From: the human T2T-CHM13v2.0 reference genome, Homo sapiens
Length of the DNA: 64,000 bases
Direction: 5' to 3' (one strand)
Assembly (NCBI RefSeq): GCF_009914755.1
Contig: NC_060933.1
Part shown: positions 40,391 through 53,569 of the stretch, piece after piece
Layout: every line of letters begins with the position of its first letter
Numbering within the stretch: the stretch's first letter is position 1
The notes under the pieces: generated by a model
Databases searched by the model: none
What the model was told of the DNA's origin: nothing
The model's input: only the letters and a program-made list of their open reading frames with translations
Program-made: the position numbers and the translations under genes

Positions 40391-43300
40391 AGAGGAAAAA
40401 CTCAAATAAAATCAGAAATGAAAGAAGAGACATTACAATTGGTATACAGAAATACAAAGATTCACAAGGAACTATTTGAATAATATCAACAAATTGGTAA
40501 CCTAGCATAAATGGATATGTTCCTGGAAACATACAATCCACAAACAATAAATAATGAAGAAATAGATAACCTGAACAGTCTAATAATGAGTAAGGAGATT
40601 GAATCAGTAATTAAAAATCTCTCATAAAAGAAAGGCCAAGACCTCATGGCCTCACTGGTGAATTCTACCAAACATTTAACAGAATTAACACTAGCTCTTC
40701 TCAAATTGTTACAAGAAATTGAAGGAAACACTCATGAGGCCAGTATTCCCTTTTACCAAACCAGAAAAGGACACTACAAAGAAAGAAAATTACAAGCCAA
40801 TATCCCTGGTGAGCATAGATAAAAAATTCTCAAAAATTACCAGCAAAATGAATTCAATAGCTTATTAAAAGGATCATATACCATGATCAAGTGATATTTA
40901 TCCCTGGAATGCAAGGATGGCTTAACATACATAAATCAATATATGTGATATACCACATCAACAGGATGAATTATAAAAATCATATCATTTCAATAGACAA
41001 AAAAAAAGCATTTGACAAAATTGAACATATTTTTATGATAAAAGCTATACCCAAAAATGAGATATAGAAGGAATATACTTCAACATTATAAAGGCTGTAT
41101 TTGACCAGCCCATAGCTAACGTCATTTTCAGTGGTGAAAAGTTAAAAGCTTTTCCTCTAAAATCAGGAACAAGACAAGGATGTCCACTCTCGCCACTTCT
41201 ATTCAACATAAAACTGGAAGTTCTTGCCTGAGAAATCAGGCAAGAAAAGAAATAAAAGGCATCCAAATCAAAAGAAAAAATTGTCTCTGTTTTTGATGAT
41301 ATAATCTTATATATAGAAAACCCTAAAGACTCCATGAAAAAAAGCTGTTACTAATAAATTCAGTGAAGTCGCAGGATAAAAAATCAGCACGAAAAAGTCA
41401 GCTTTGTTTCTGTATACTAAGAATGAACTCTTAAGAAAAGAAATTAAGAAAACAATCCTATTTACAACAGCATTAAAAGAATAAAAATACTTACGAATTA
41501 ATTTAACTAGGGAGGTAAAAGATCTGTATAATGAAAATATAAGACATCGATGAAAGAAATGGAAAAAACGCAAGTATATAAAAAAATAGCCTGTGGTGAT
41601 GGATTGAAAAAAAAATCATTATTGTCAAAACATACTTCTCAAAGAGATATACAGATTTAATGCATTTTTTTAAATCAAGGTTCCAATGGCATTTTCCACA
41701 GAAATAGAGAAAGGAATCTTAAAATTCATCTGGAATAACAAAGGATTCCCAATAGCTGAAGTAAACTTGGTTGAGAAGAACAAAGCTGGAGGCATCACAT
41801 TCCTGATTTCAAATTATAATAAAAACCTATAGCAATCAAAGCACTATAATATGGGCATAACAACAAACATACAAAGAGAAGAGAACAGAGAGCCCAGGAA
41901 TAAACCCATGTTTACCATCAACTCATCTTCAATGAAGATGCCAAGAATACACAATGGAGAAAGGATAGTGTCTTCAATTATGGTGCCAGGAAAACTTGAT
42001 ATCCACAAGCAAAAAAAAAAAAAAGGAAATTCTTTTTTTATATTACACCACAAGCAAAACTCAACTCAAAATGGATTAAAGACATAATACCTAAAGCCAT
42101 AGAATTCCAGAAGAAAACATAGAAGAAAAGCTCCATGACACAGGTCTGGGCAACGATTTTCTGGAAATGACCCGAAAAGCACAGGCAAAAAAAAAACCAA
42201 AAATAAACAACTGGAAACACATCAAGCTGAAAAGTTTCTATACAACAAAGAAATCAATCAACAACATGAAAAGGAAATCTACGGAATGGGAAAAAATATC
42301 TGCAAACCACATATTTAATAATGGTTTAATATCCAAAATATACATGGAACCCATACAACTCAACAACAATAAAGCTAAATAACCTTATTTAAAAAATTAT
42401 CAAAGAACCTGAACAGACATTTTCAGGTTATGAAATGGTTAATAGGCATATGAGACAGTGCTCAACATCATCAATCATCGGAAACACGCAAATCAAAACC
42501 ACAATAAGATATCACCTCACACCCGTTAGGATGGCCATTAGCAAAAAGTTAAAAGATAAGTGCTGGTGAGAGTGTGGAAAAAAAAGAATCCTTATGCATT
42601 GTTGGTAGGAATGTAAAGTTGTACAGCCACTATGAAAACAATATGGAGGTTCCTCAAAAAAAATAAAAATAAGACTACCATATGATCCAGCAATCCCACT
42701 TCTGGGCACATCTCCTAAATAAATAAAATTGAGATCTCAGAGAAATATCTGTACTTCCATGTTGATCGCAGCATTTTTTCCAATAGTCAAGATAAAATAT
42801 AAGTGTTCATTTACAGATGAATGTATAAAGAAAATGTGGTCGGTGTGTATGTGTGTGTATGTAAACATTATTCAGCATTAAGAAATAAGAAAATCCTGCT
42901 ATTTGTGATAATATGGATGAACCTGGAACACATTTTACTGAGTGAAATTAGCTGGACATAGAAAGAAAAATACTGCATGATTCCACTTATACATGCAATC
43001 TAAAAAAGATAACTAATAGGAACAGAGAGTAGAAGGATGGTAACCTGAGGTTGGGGGTGGTTGGGGAAACAGGGAGATGTTGGTCAAAGGGTACAAACTT
43101 TCAGTTAGAAGGCGAATAGGCTCGGGAGACCTAACGTACAGCATGGTGACTATAGTTAATATCGATTTAATATAATATTAATTAATAAAATTAATAATTT
43201 ATTTTGTTACTATATAATATTACTATAACATGTTAATAATGTGTTATATACTGGAAATTTGCTAAGAAATTAGATCTGATGTATTCTCACCATATACAAA

Positions 43301-43489
43301 AAGGTAACTAGGTGAGTTGATAGATATGTTAGGTAGCTTAATTGTGGTCATCATTTCACAAATTATACGTAAAACAAAACATCACGTTGCACACATTAAA
43401 TATGAACAATTATTATTTTCAATTATGCCTTTATAAAGCTAGGGGAAAATATTAAATAAATAAGTAACATTTGTGATAATTGCTGTGAC

Positions 43490-44335
43490 AGAAATAATCA
43501 CTGATGACATAAAGAGAAATAAGGGAAAAGAACATGAAAATATTTAGACAAGAATGTAGAGAAAGCCTCTCTGTAAATGTGGCATTTATGCTAAAAATAT
43601 GAAGAATAAGAGCAAGCCAATGTTGGGAAAAAGGGCAGAAAGAGCGTTCCAGGCAGCAAGAAGTGCATGTAACAAAGTGCTGAGGTGGTGAAGGGCTTAG
43701 AACAGTCAAGGAAACAATGGAAGGCTGACGTGGCTGAGTGTGAACTACAGAGTATAATGTGCTCATGCTGGTGAGTTAGGAAAGATCAGGTCAGGGCAAG
43801 GATTCCAGGAAAAATTTGATTCTAAGTGCAAAAGAAGAGCCATAGAAGTTATTTAGGGGATCCCATGATCTTATTTATGTTATAGAAAGATTTCATTGGC
43901 TACTGTGTGTAGAATGGTATGCAGAAAGATCAATGGATTTAGAGAGAGCACTTTGACATGATGGTATCTTTAGATGATGGTGTTTGGTCTAGCTAGGCAG
44001 CAGAAAAGGTGGAGAAAAGTTAACAGGATTCACACACATTTTAAGGGTAGAACCAATAGAACTCATTAATGGAATAGATATCGGGGGGTGTAGGGATAGG
44101 AGGAATCAAAGACCACTCTTCGAATTATTGCCTGGAGTACTTGCATAAACACTGGATTAACTTATTAATATAAAGAAGACGGTGAGATAAAAGCTTTGAG
44201 GGTTGGGGATAAAGGGTTCTATTTTGATCATGTTAAGTTTAAAGTGCTTATGCGGCTTCCAGGTGGAGATAAGGAGGACCGATTGGGCTACTAAGATATG
44301 CTGCTGATATGAAGCCTGAAACTCTAAATTACATA
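43490..44335 (-). mobile_element. L2 fragment
   Basis: 'gagcgttccaggcag', 'ttttaagggtagaaccaatagaact', 'ttttgatcatgttaagtttaaagtgc'. Confidence 0.75.
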
Positions 44336-46004
44336 TTAGAATTAGAAAAAAGAAAGCCACTCTTCAAAGATTAGTCATACATCTCAATTTATAGTTATTC
44401 CCTAACTAGAAACTTCATGAAGCCAACTTTCAAAACTATTACAAAGCATTGAGAGTATTTTTTTCCTTCAAACTTATTTTTCTCATCTTAAAAAAAAAAA
44501 CATCTGTGAACTTTCTCATCTTTCTGAACATGGTATAATTTGGAAAAGTACGTTCACCTTCTCCAAACTTCTAATTAACTATTTATCTTTCAGATCAGAC
44601 CAGTTATAACCAAAAATCCCCCATTTCATTCCTGTTATGTTGCATCTGAATAGAAGATAAATACAGTTCATATTCTTACTTGCACAGCAAGTGGTAAAAA
44701 ATCCATTTAAAACATGCTATGAATTGAATTCATTTAATCTATTAAATATAGCAATTTAATGAAGCAAAATACACTAATTAAATTATTAAAATCTGGATAG
44801 CAAGTAGTAGTTAAAAAGCCTGTTGCTATGCAACTCAGAGAATTTCTATAAACAGTCTGCAAAAATGTATTGGTTAAATATGTTGGTATTTTGCCTTGAC
44901 CTTTTATAATCAAACACCTTCTCAATCTGTGAAAATGTTTTTTCTGAGACTAACATCAAATAGAATTCATGGATTTTAAAAAAAGAAGAAATTTAGGGTT
45001 TGATTGTGTTACTTCTTCTATTATATTCAAAGGTATAAGAAGTTCAAAATTCCAAAAATAAAAATTATCAAATATACATACGGAAAAATAGCAGCAGTTC
45101 CTTAAAGGTTTCTGCATAATTGAGAAACTTCATTGTTTATAGAGATACAAATCTGCTATATTGCATTATTATTTCTTTCATGAGGTTGTAGCACTTTATG
45201 ACAGAAGCAGGTTAGCATAGATGAGGTGAAGAATGGAGTTTTTTAAAGTCAAAACTTTTTTTTTTGACAGCAATTCCCCCCACCCCATACTGCCTGCTGA
45301 GACTGTCAGAGAATTAAAAGTTGGTCACAAGTTCTAAAAGTCTGCAGTGTATCCTTCCCAAAATATACTTGAAACTGCATACCCCAGAGGGTCGTTTATG
45401 TAATGAAAGAAATTACTCTGATATGTGGGCTTTTAAAAATCATTTTTAAAGGCAGTCACTGAGAGATTGATATGCAGGCACACTTTAATTTTAAATGTCG
45501 GAATTAGACTAAAAGAAAATGAACTTCATTAAAAAAATAAATTGAAAGTTAAAAAATCTTCTCTTGTGAAATCCAAAATATTTCCAAAATTTTGAAACTA
45601 CTATTTAACTACAAGCAGTACTGTTGGGTACTGACTTAATATTAGCGGGAATTTACAAAGACCTCTTAATCACACATCCCCCGATCCTGATCACAGGGAC
45701 TGAGCCAAACTTGGTGGAATAAGAAAGGTATTTAAGGACAACTTTAAATGGGGGCGAAGGGCGGTCATCTGATGCCATTATCTTTGCTGTAGTGGTCCGT
45801 TGACGAAAAATATTATTTGCATGTATTTGAGCCTCAAATTGTTTTTTAGCCATAAACATTTTGAGACTTTTCTGTCACCAGACTGCCTACTCTTATTACT
45901 CCTTGTTCAGAAGTCAGTTTCTTGTTTTTTGACACACGTTATTCCTTCTTTCCCTACCTGCCACTTTCATGTCCTAAAACCAGGTGTTCAAAAGCAAGCA
46001 CTAT

Positions 46005-46535
46005 GGCCATGTTCTCCAAACTCTGTGCCAAGATATTCTGTGGTGATGCAGTGAGCTCAAAGAAGTGCCCTGAAATATTTAATATTTTCAGGGGAAACAG
46101 CAACACTGCACATACAAGCTTGAGGTAATTTATAGTTTCAACATTAGATAGCGCTATATGCCTTTAGATAATGTCAATATTTGTTGTGAAGCTGTCTTTG
46201 TGATTTCTATGGATAAAAGAAACACCACATGAAAATCAATGTGGAGCAGGAAATAACAGTAGCAGTGGCAAATTTGAATTTGAGTTTTGTGCATTAGAAG
46301 ATGTACAATATCCAACATCTTCATGCATTCCATTGTTAAGTGACCATGCTTATTTAAGAATAGAAATATTATTATGTCAATATATGGCAAAAATGATTTC
46401 CAAGTTGCTAGTAAATTCTTATTGAGTTTTTGAGACCTAACTACCAAATAAATGGAACTATCAGGCATTTATTTTGGCCTAACAGCACTGTGAAACAATC
46501 GCTGAGTCACTAAGGAATAGAATTTGAGATCCTCT
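46005..46535. mobile_element. hAT-Charlie element (MER113/Charlie4a-like)
   Basis: 'agtttcaacattagatagcgcta', 'gaaaatcaatgtggagcaggaaat' and a terminal 'tttgagatcctctg'. Confidence 0.6.
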
Positions 46536-47039
46536 GCCACAACAGTATGACAAAAATAATTATTAAAATTGTGAAGCTGTGCAGCTACTTCTTGAAATAG
46601 CTCTCTCTGTGTCTGTATGTATATATACATACATATAGCAGATATTGAGCAGAACTTTAAAATACATAAACTGCCTTTTATCTTTCTTATATAGTGTACA
46701 TTAAATATAGAAGATAAAGTTGGGTTTATTTACTATTCTAATGGAATTTTCTTTAAAAACAGAGAACTGTGAAAACATTTTAATGTTTTCTTCACTGCAG
46801 ATATCAGAAGTCTTCAAAATGTATAGCATGTACTCTAGAGTGTCTACCCAGGCTGACTCTATTCCATAGAAATAAAAAGTTTCCATATGACCCAGTGGGT
46901 TAACCTAGCTCTGAGTGACTCCACATGGATTGACATTTGAGCTGTCAGCTAATGATTTGCACAGGTGGAAGTAAGAGATTATAATGAGGTCTCATCCTCC
47001 ACTGCAAATCTGACTAGGAGTTTTGACCCATTCTTGTTC

Positions 47040-47625
47040 ATCATTCAGTCTTCTTATTTTATTCCTTACAAGAACATTCGCCAAACCTTCCAGAGGTTTG
47101 TCAATATCTATAAAGGAAATTTCATAGACTTCAATATGATATTCAAGATCCTCTTTGATCTGTAATCAACCTATTTTTTTCTACCTTACATCCTGCCACA
47201 TCCTCCTATGATCCTATAATCCAACAAAATGAAACTGCCTCTTTTATGAACAGGTCTTGCACTTCTCTCCCTGTATACTATTTTTTTAAAATTCTCTCTT
47301 TCACTTGGATGTCCTCCTTCTGTCCAAGTCTTCCTGCTTCTTCACAGCTGTGCTCAAATCCTACCTCTTCCACAGAGCCTCCACACTTTCTCCCTGCCAT
47401 ACTCATTCTTTCACCTTGTACATGGTATAACATATACACAGTCTTGTGTTTTACTATGTTTGCTTCACATGTGACTTTCTCCGTTCTGTTACTTATATGC
47501 TTTACGCTTATGTTTTCAAACCTCTCCCAAACAAGTACAGCATGCATTCACGTCTTTCTCCACCCACAACTTTAAATCATTTGTGGTAAATGTCTGCATA
47601 AATAGATACTCAACCAATTATTATC
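47040..47625 (+). mobile_element. L2 fragment
   Basis: 'ttcaagatcctc', 'gctcaaatcctacctcttccacagagcct', 3' 'atagatactcaa'. Confidence 0.55.
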
Positions 47626-48004
47626 AGACTATATTGGAACAGATTATGCTACAACCAAGATGGCAAATTATAAAGACTTAAGGTATTATACTTCCAAGGA
47701 TGAGTCTCATTTATCAGGGGCCCTTATGGAGCTTATCTATCCCAACTCTTGCCACTACCAACTTTTTCTACTGTTTGAAATTTGGAGAACTCCCAAAAAT
47801 GTCTTCATCCAACTTTTCTTTTTCCACCCTCTGGCCCTAAATTGAAAGAACTTGAACATATTCTTTTGTCAGAGGTTGCTCTTGGTTTATACCCACAATT
47901 TGTGCAAGTAGAATAATTGGTGTCTTAAAATACATATTCCTGGAGCTGACTTAAGACACACAGAATTCAAATTTTGTGAATATTAGCTATTATTTTTATT
48001 ATTA

Positions 48005-48460
48005 AACCAGCATCTCTCAGTCCACAGAACACTAGTCTTCAGTGAGATATTCATATAGGTTTAGATAGGAATGATTCTACTCGTAAATAATTTGGGAAAT
48101 AGTCACCATTACATATCTTTCTTAGAGATTCAAGATTTTAATAAACATGAAAAAAGTCTTTGAGAAGTCTTGCAATCTAATTTATTTAATTTGTTTAACT
48201 CAAACTTTCTTCAAACTGATTGGACCATCAAAATCCCTTTGTTTCCATATATATATGTATATATATATAATATATATATAATATATATATATAATATATA
48301 TGTTATATATAATATATTATATATATATTATATATATTATATATAATATATATAATATATATAATATATTATATATATAACATATATATAATATATATGT
48401 TATATATATATATATATATAACCATTAGCATTTCATGCTCTTTGAATTTGAATTGGGAAA
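48005..48460. mobile_element. hAT-Charlie MITE interrupted by a TA-rich expansion
   Basis: 'cagaacactagtc...aaataatttgggaaa...gagaagtcttgca...tttgtttaac'; subfamily uncertain. Confidence 0.5.
48247..48421. repeat. (TA)-rich tract containing a ~96-bp palindrome
   Basis: ~175 bp of almost pure A/T; the interruptions are symmetric about 48341/48342. Confidence 0.9.
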
Positions 48461-49022
48461 GTATCTATCTGTGACTCTTCTTGATCATCAGTTTTGCCAA
48501 TTTAAAATAGTGAGGGAAGGTCAGTTGAAAGTCATTCTCAGAAAAAACTTATATTGTAAAATGTCCTTTGTGTATGTATGTATTTCCCTCAAAATGGCTC
48601 AGAGTCACCTGCATTCAGTGCAGAGGGGCTGTGAGATTGAAAATATCTCTGGACCCACCCGAAGAGGGTGAAACTATTTTCCTGATCTTACATATCTCAG
48701 TCTTGGAACCCATGTCTGTCTGTTCTGCAACAGGTTCCATTAGCCAAGGTTGGCTGGTAAGAGCCTAGATTATGCTTTCTGCTTAGGTTGGTCTAGACCA
48801 TTGGCTTGAACTGTAGGATGACTTTGGTCCCTAAGACAAGGGCTGCTGCCCCCAGAATATTGTCTTTCTAAGTCTGGGTAGGCTGCTATTTGAAGGCCAA
48901 CACTAAAATGTATTCAAATGACTCATCTGTGTCCTCTTTAAAGTGTGAATTAGTGCAGGCACTCATTACTCACCTCCCTCCCTTTAGAACAAGTTGCTTC
49001 TGACAACAGTGAGCGAAACAGC

Positions 49023-49031
49023 TGTGTGTGT

Positions 49032-49063
<32 letters not shown>
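49023..49063. repeat. (TG)n microsatellite
   Basis: About 20 TG units with one TA interruption. Confidence 0.92.
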
Positions 49064-50059
49064 TTCTATAAAAGAAGGATTCTTCTACTATACTAGAATG
49101 TCCCCAGGCCGTGAAGGAGATTGAGCTGTGTAAACCAACCGTGCCTTATGCTCTAGGGGAAGAAAAGAAATGGAGAAGAGAACACCTCAACCGAATTTAT
49201 TATAACAAATTTCTCGGGATAATAAAAGACATCATCTCAGCCCTAGAGGGAAAGTAGGTTATAGCTCAGCTAAATGTCCTTGTCTAATGTTGCTTAACCC
49301 CAGCTAACATTTCAAGCCTTAAGTAAAGTCCCGTCAGTGGCACATTTTGGCCTGTTTAGTAATTTCATTGGGGACATTCATTTGAATGAATTTTTTGAAT
49401 CTGATGAAGACTCACATCAGTCATTTTCAGATTAAAGCCCCTAGTGTGCTGATTTCTGTCTTCTCCTGTCTGTTTGATTCTTTAACTAAGAGAGCAGAAG
49501 AAATAATATATTGTATAATTGCTCTTTATTACAAATTTGTAATTACATGTTACACTTGGCAACAACTGAGAAGAGAAGAGATGTAGTCTAGAATATCAGA
49601 GGCCCGGGGCAAAGGTCAACAGGAACTGTTTTGGTAATGGGCAAGGTGGTTTTCTCAGAGATGGTCTTGGCAATTAGATGGCAATGGAAATTCTAGATCA
49701 ATTGAGAGACAACCTCTAGAGCAGCATGCAGTCCAACAACTTGTATCATCGTCCTCAGTCACTGGCATGCCATATTCTGCTCCTGTGACCTCCATGAGAG
49801 CACATGCTGGCAATTTACTTGGATCTCAGCTTCATCTTTCTTCTTTTGTGCTTTAATCTACACATGTACCTCTTTCTCCACTTGGCTCTCATGGAGCAGA
49901 AGTTTCTGAGAAAATGGTGCTAAGGCCAAAAGAGCCTAATTTCTTTAGGGCATGTTCTCTTTCTTGGTGTAAGGGGGCTATGACGTATTCTTTTTAAGTT
50001 CCTAATTCTATATTTCACTAACTATGTGGGGAAAGTCAATATTTTATTGCCATCATAAA

Positions 50060-50410
50060 CAAAGAGAGGCCATTTGCCTCTTGATGTGTCGTGCTCTGTG
50101 TCTCTACTCATGCAGTTCCTTTTGCCTGGAAAGTTACTTCCTTCACAAATGCCAGGACAGCATTTTCAGCATCTCTGCATCTGTAGAGCTTCTTACCAAA
50201 TCCAAGAAAAGTAGAGCACCCCTGCTTTCGCCACTACTGTATCTAGTACATGCTCTTTTACCTCACTTGTCAAGCTACAATTCAATCCCTTGTCTATATT
50301 TTTATCTCCTCTCCTAAACTACTATTTTACATACTTTATATTTTTATTTGTACCTATAACAATGCCAGGCTTAAAATAAGGATTCAGAAATATTTGTTAA
50401 ATTTAATTGA
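50060..50410 (+). mobile_element. L2 3' fragment
   Basis: 'ctcatgcagttccttttgcctggaa' ... 'aaatatttgttaaat'. Confidence 0.55.
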
Positions 50411-50849
50411 ACAAATATTCAAACAGTTGATTCCCTATGTTTTTGAATATTCTTTCTCTACCAGTTCATTCAGTATGGTTGTGTCTTAAAATGCCAATCT
50501 GTAAGAATTTAACATTTTTAGGAAGCTTCATATATTCAGGATGTTACATCTCACTATCTGGTATTGATAGAGCTGCAAAAGTAAAAGAAAACATTGTGTA
50601 ATTTTTAAAGAAATGGATAATCACAATTTTTTCCGTTGAAATTTTAAAATACACATATTTCTGAATAATATAAATAAAAAAGTCTGTTAACACAGACTCA
50701 TCAGAAATATGCTATTGCTTAATTTTTATATATGATTATACAGAAGGATCTCTTACCCAAATATTAAACAATTTTGTTGCTTTATTTATTATACACATCT
50801 ATCTGTGACCCTCTCAAAATAAAACTATACCTATAATAAACTATGAAAA

Positions 50850-50945
50850 ATGATGGGTAGTAATGAAAGTTTCCCATCTGGAAAAGCCCCTGGTCCAGAT
50901 GGATTTGCTAATTACTTTTATAAGATGTTTAACCAACCTTTGAAG
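50850..50945 (+). pseudogene. Isolated ancient LINE ORF2 fragment (GKAPGPDGF motif)
   Basis: Translates as SGKAPGPDGFANYFYKMF, matching the K[SA]PGPDG[FL]xxxFYK motif found just before the RT in L1-clade ORF2. Confidence 0.6.
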
Positions 50946-51879
50946 AATATTCCAGGCATGTTTGATTACTTTACATTACCAACATTTTTGGAAGTACCAT
51001 TGTGGGCTCTCAAACTAAACTTTATAAATGATATGGAAATGGTAAAATCCAGAAAATTGTGTTTCTTAAGAACATACATCTTTCACAAGAAATGCTAATA
51101 ACACATTCCTTCCAAACCTGAGCCCAGTGATAAAATATTTTTTCATTGAAAGGATAATTTTAGGACAACCAGGTGGAAGAAATATGTTACCTCATATTCA
51201 TAAAACTAATTACATTAACTTTCACTAAAGTGTTAATAAATAAGAGTTCTTAACATGTGCTGCAATATATGCTATTAAAGGTGGTTGTATGCTTTCCACG
51301 ATTTGACATAGAATTAGACATTTTATTCAAATAAAAAATAATAAACAAGTAGTAACCAATATACTATGATCTGAGGGCAACAAATAAGAGATCATGTCAT
51401 AAATTATTTGTTTAACCGGTTATCTCTCATGCCAGAAATCTTGCAATTAGGTATTTATTCCTTTTAATAGACTGGCATTTTCAGAATCTTTTATTATTAT
51501 TATGGCTGTCAAATTGAATGGTGTACTAATTATAGGCGTGTAGCTGACTGTATTCTTATATACAGTGGGAAATTCACTACACAGCCTTATAAAATTTTAA
51601 GATTTTTATAACAAATAAAATGGTCCTAAAATAATATATGAGAAGATACATTTGTAAGCCACTTAGAGAAGTTTACTTTATTAAAATTAAGTGCCCAATA
51701 GGATACTGTACTAAATTGAGGATATGTATATTTTAACGTCAGATGAGGGATTTGGGAAAAGTTAAGAGCCTGGCTGTAGAATAAGTAGGACCTCACTCTG
51801 AGTAGAGAGGTGATACTTGTACAGACAGAGGGCAACATTACAGTATGTGGTTGGCCTGCCTATACAACATCTATGAAAA

Positions 51880-52020
51880 GTCCCAGACATTTTAGTGTCA
51901 GTCAGACCTGCGGAATTCTCTGAGTTTTCATTTTCTCATCTAGAACATGCAGTTAATAACGTTTACTTTCAAGTGTTATTGTGAGGATTAAATATCTGCC
52001 TGGGATATAGTAGGTATATC
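51880..52020 (+). mobile_element. MIR fragment
   Basis: 'ctctgagttttcattttctcatct...gttattgtgaggattaaat'. Confidence 0.6.
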
Positions 52021-52379
52021 TAATATTGTGTTTTTTCCTCTCTCTCACTATTCATCTACACATACACAAACACACATAGCATTTTGATTAGAGCAGAGAA
52101 TTTGTATAATAATCTGCCAGGTCAGATATGCTTTACTACATCTCTTTTCTCTGCTCATTGTTTTTGTGTCACAAAATAAACCTCAGTTTTACTTGAACAA
52201 TAACCTGTCCGGAAAACTATATATTAATTTATTTATAGAGTCAAGGGGATATATCATATCAATAGTTACCTAAGAAAGTAATGTTTAATAAAAAAGCTTA
52301 CCTCTGTCCATATTTTTGTGCCATGCTCAAAATGGCAACTGTTTCATTTTCAAATAATAGGCAGGTGTTAAGATAATTT

Positions 52380-52575
52380 TGTATGTATATATGTATGTGT
52401 ATATGATTATATACATCCAGATATACATATATGCATATATCTATAAAAGAATATGTGAATGAAGAATGTGTACATATATATACACAGATGTTATATATAT
52501 AATCATATACACATGCATATATACAGATATATATATACCTAAATTTATATATATATATATATATCTAAATATATC
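52380..52575. repeat. TA-rich low-complexity tract
   Basis: Degenerate (TA/CA)n with a pure (AT)n run near 52545-52564. Confidence 0.75.
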
Positions 52576-53569
52576 ACTGCTGCTGGCAATAGATAGATAT
52601 AAACACTTTAAAGAATGCATTTGGTGCTACTGGTATGATGCTAGAAGATAAAGCCATATGCAAATCCTTCTTTTCCCTTTCTTAATGATATATAGAACAA
52701 TTTAAAAAGCATAAGATACTCATAAACTTCATTCACATATTCTTTTTTAAATTTCGTTTTTGTAAAAGTCAGTATTTCTATTGCAGACAATATTACAAAG
52801 CATGGGATTTCACTAAAAGGTAACTGTAAAGACCATTAAATTTATTTTCCTGTTTTCAAGAAGAGAATGTTTAAAAACTTAATTATTAATATTTTATATA
52901 AAAATAAAAATTCCCCTCATCTCTCCATTTGCCTTCTATCTAACCCTGGAGTAACTACAAATAAGAGCATGCAATATTACTCTCCTCAAACTTTTCTATA
53001 TAGTTTAATATGTGTTAATGTCCAACTTTTTTATTTTAAAACTATGGTCATACTTATACATTCAGTATAAGAGATAAAATTCACTCACGCCACTCTACTT
53101 TTTAAAATGTATAGAATATATACATTTGCCTCATTTAAAAAACATTTATATATTTTTCAGGTTGTGGAAGCTCAAAAATTTAATTGACTGTTTCTATATT
53201 GATAGGTTATTGGGTTGTTTCCAATGTACCGCAATTACAAACAATGCTTTAGCATAGCAAAAACTGTTTTACAAAGTGTGGTACTATAAGGGGCTGCATG
53301 AGTAGGAGCAGTATGCCCTTGCCTGGGGTCTGAGAAAATCTGCACATGACAAATACTCTCATGGCCCTTATGAGTGTCAATTATTTCTACATGAATAAGG
53401 CTGAGACTTAAGTGTAGAATCCATATTGTGAAGGCATGTACTAAGACGGAGTGACTTGTAGAGTATAATTCTGGAACCCAACAAGCTACATTCTGACACT
53501 GAATTAATTGTACATATGAAAGAAATAAGGAATAGGGAAATATAACATATAACTGAATAACTAAAAATG

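Larger units (their letters stand above)
37140..43450 (+). mobile_element. Near full-length degenerate L1M (L1MA9-like 3' end)
   Basis: ORF1 remnants (~37370-38290), ORF2 remnants ('acaagacaaggatgtccactctcgccacttctattcaac'), 3' UTR 'gagatgttggtcaaagggtacaaactttcagtta...taaagctaggggaaaa'. Confidence 0.88.
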
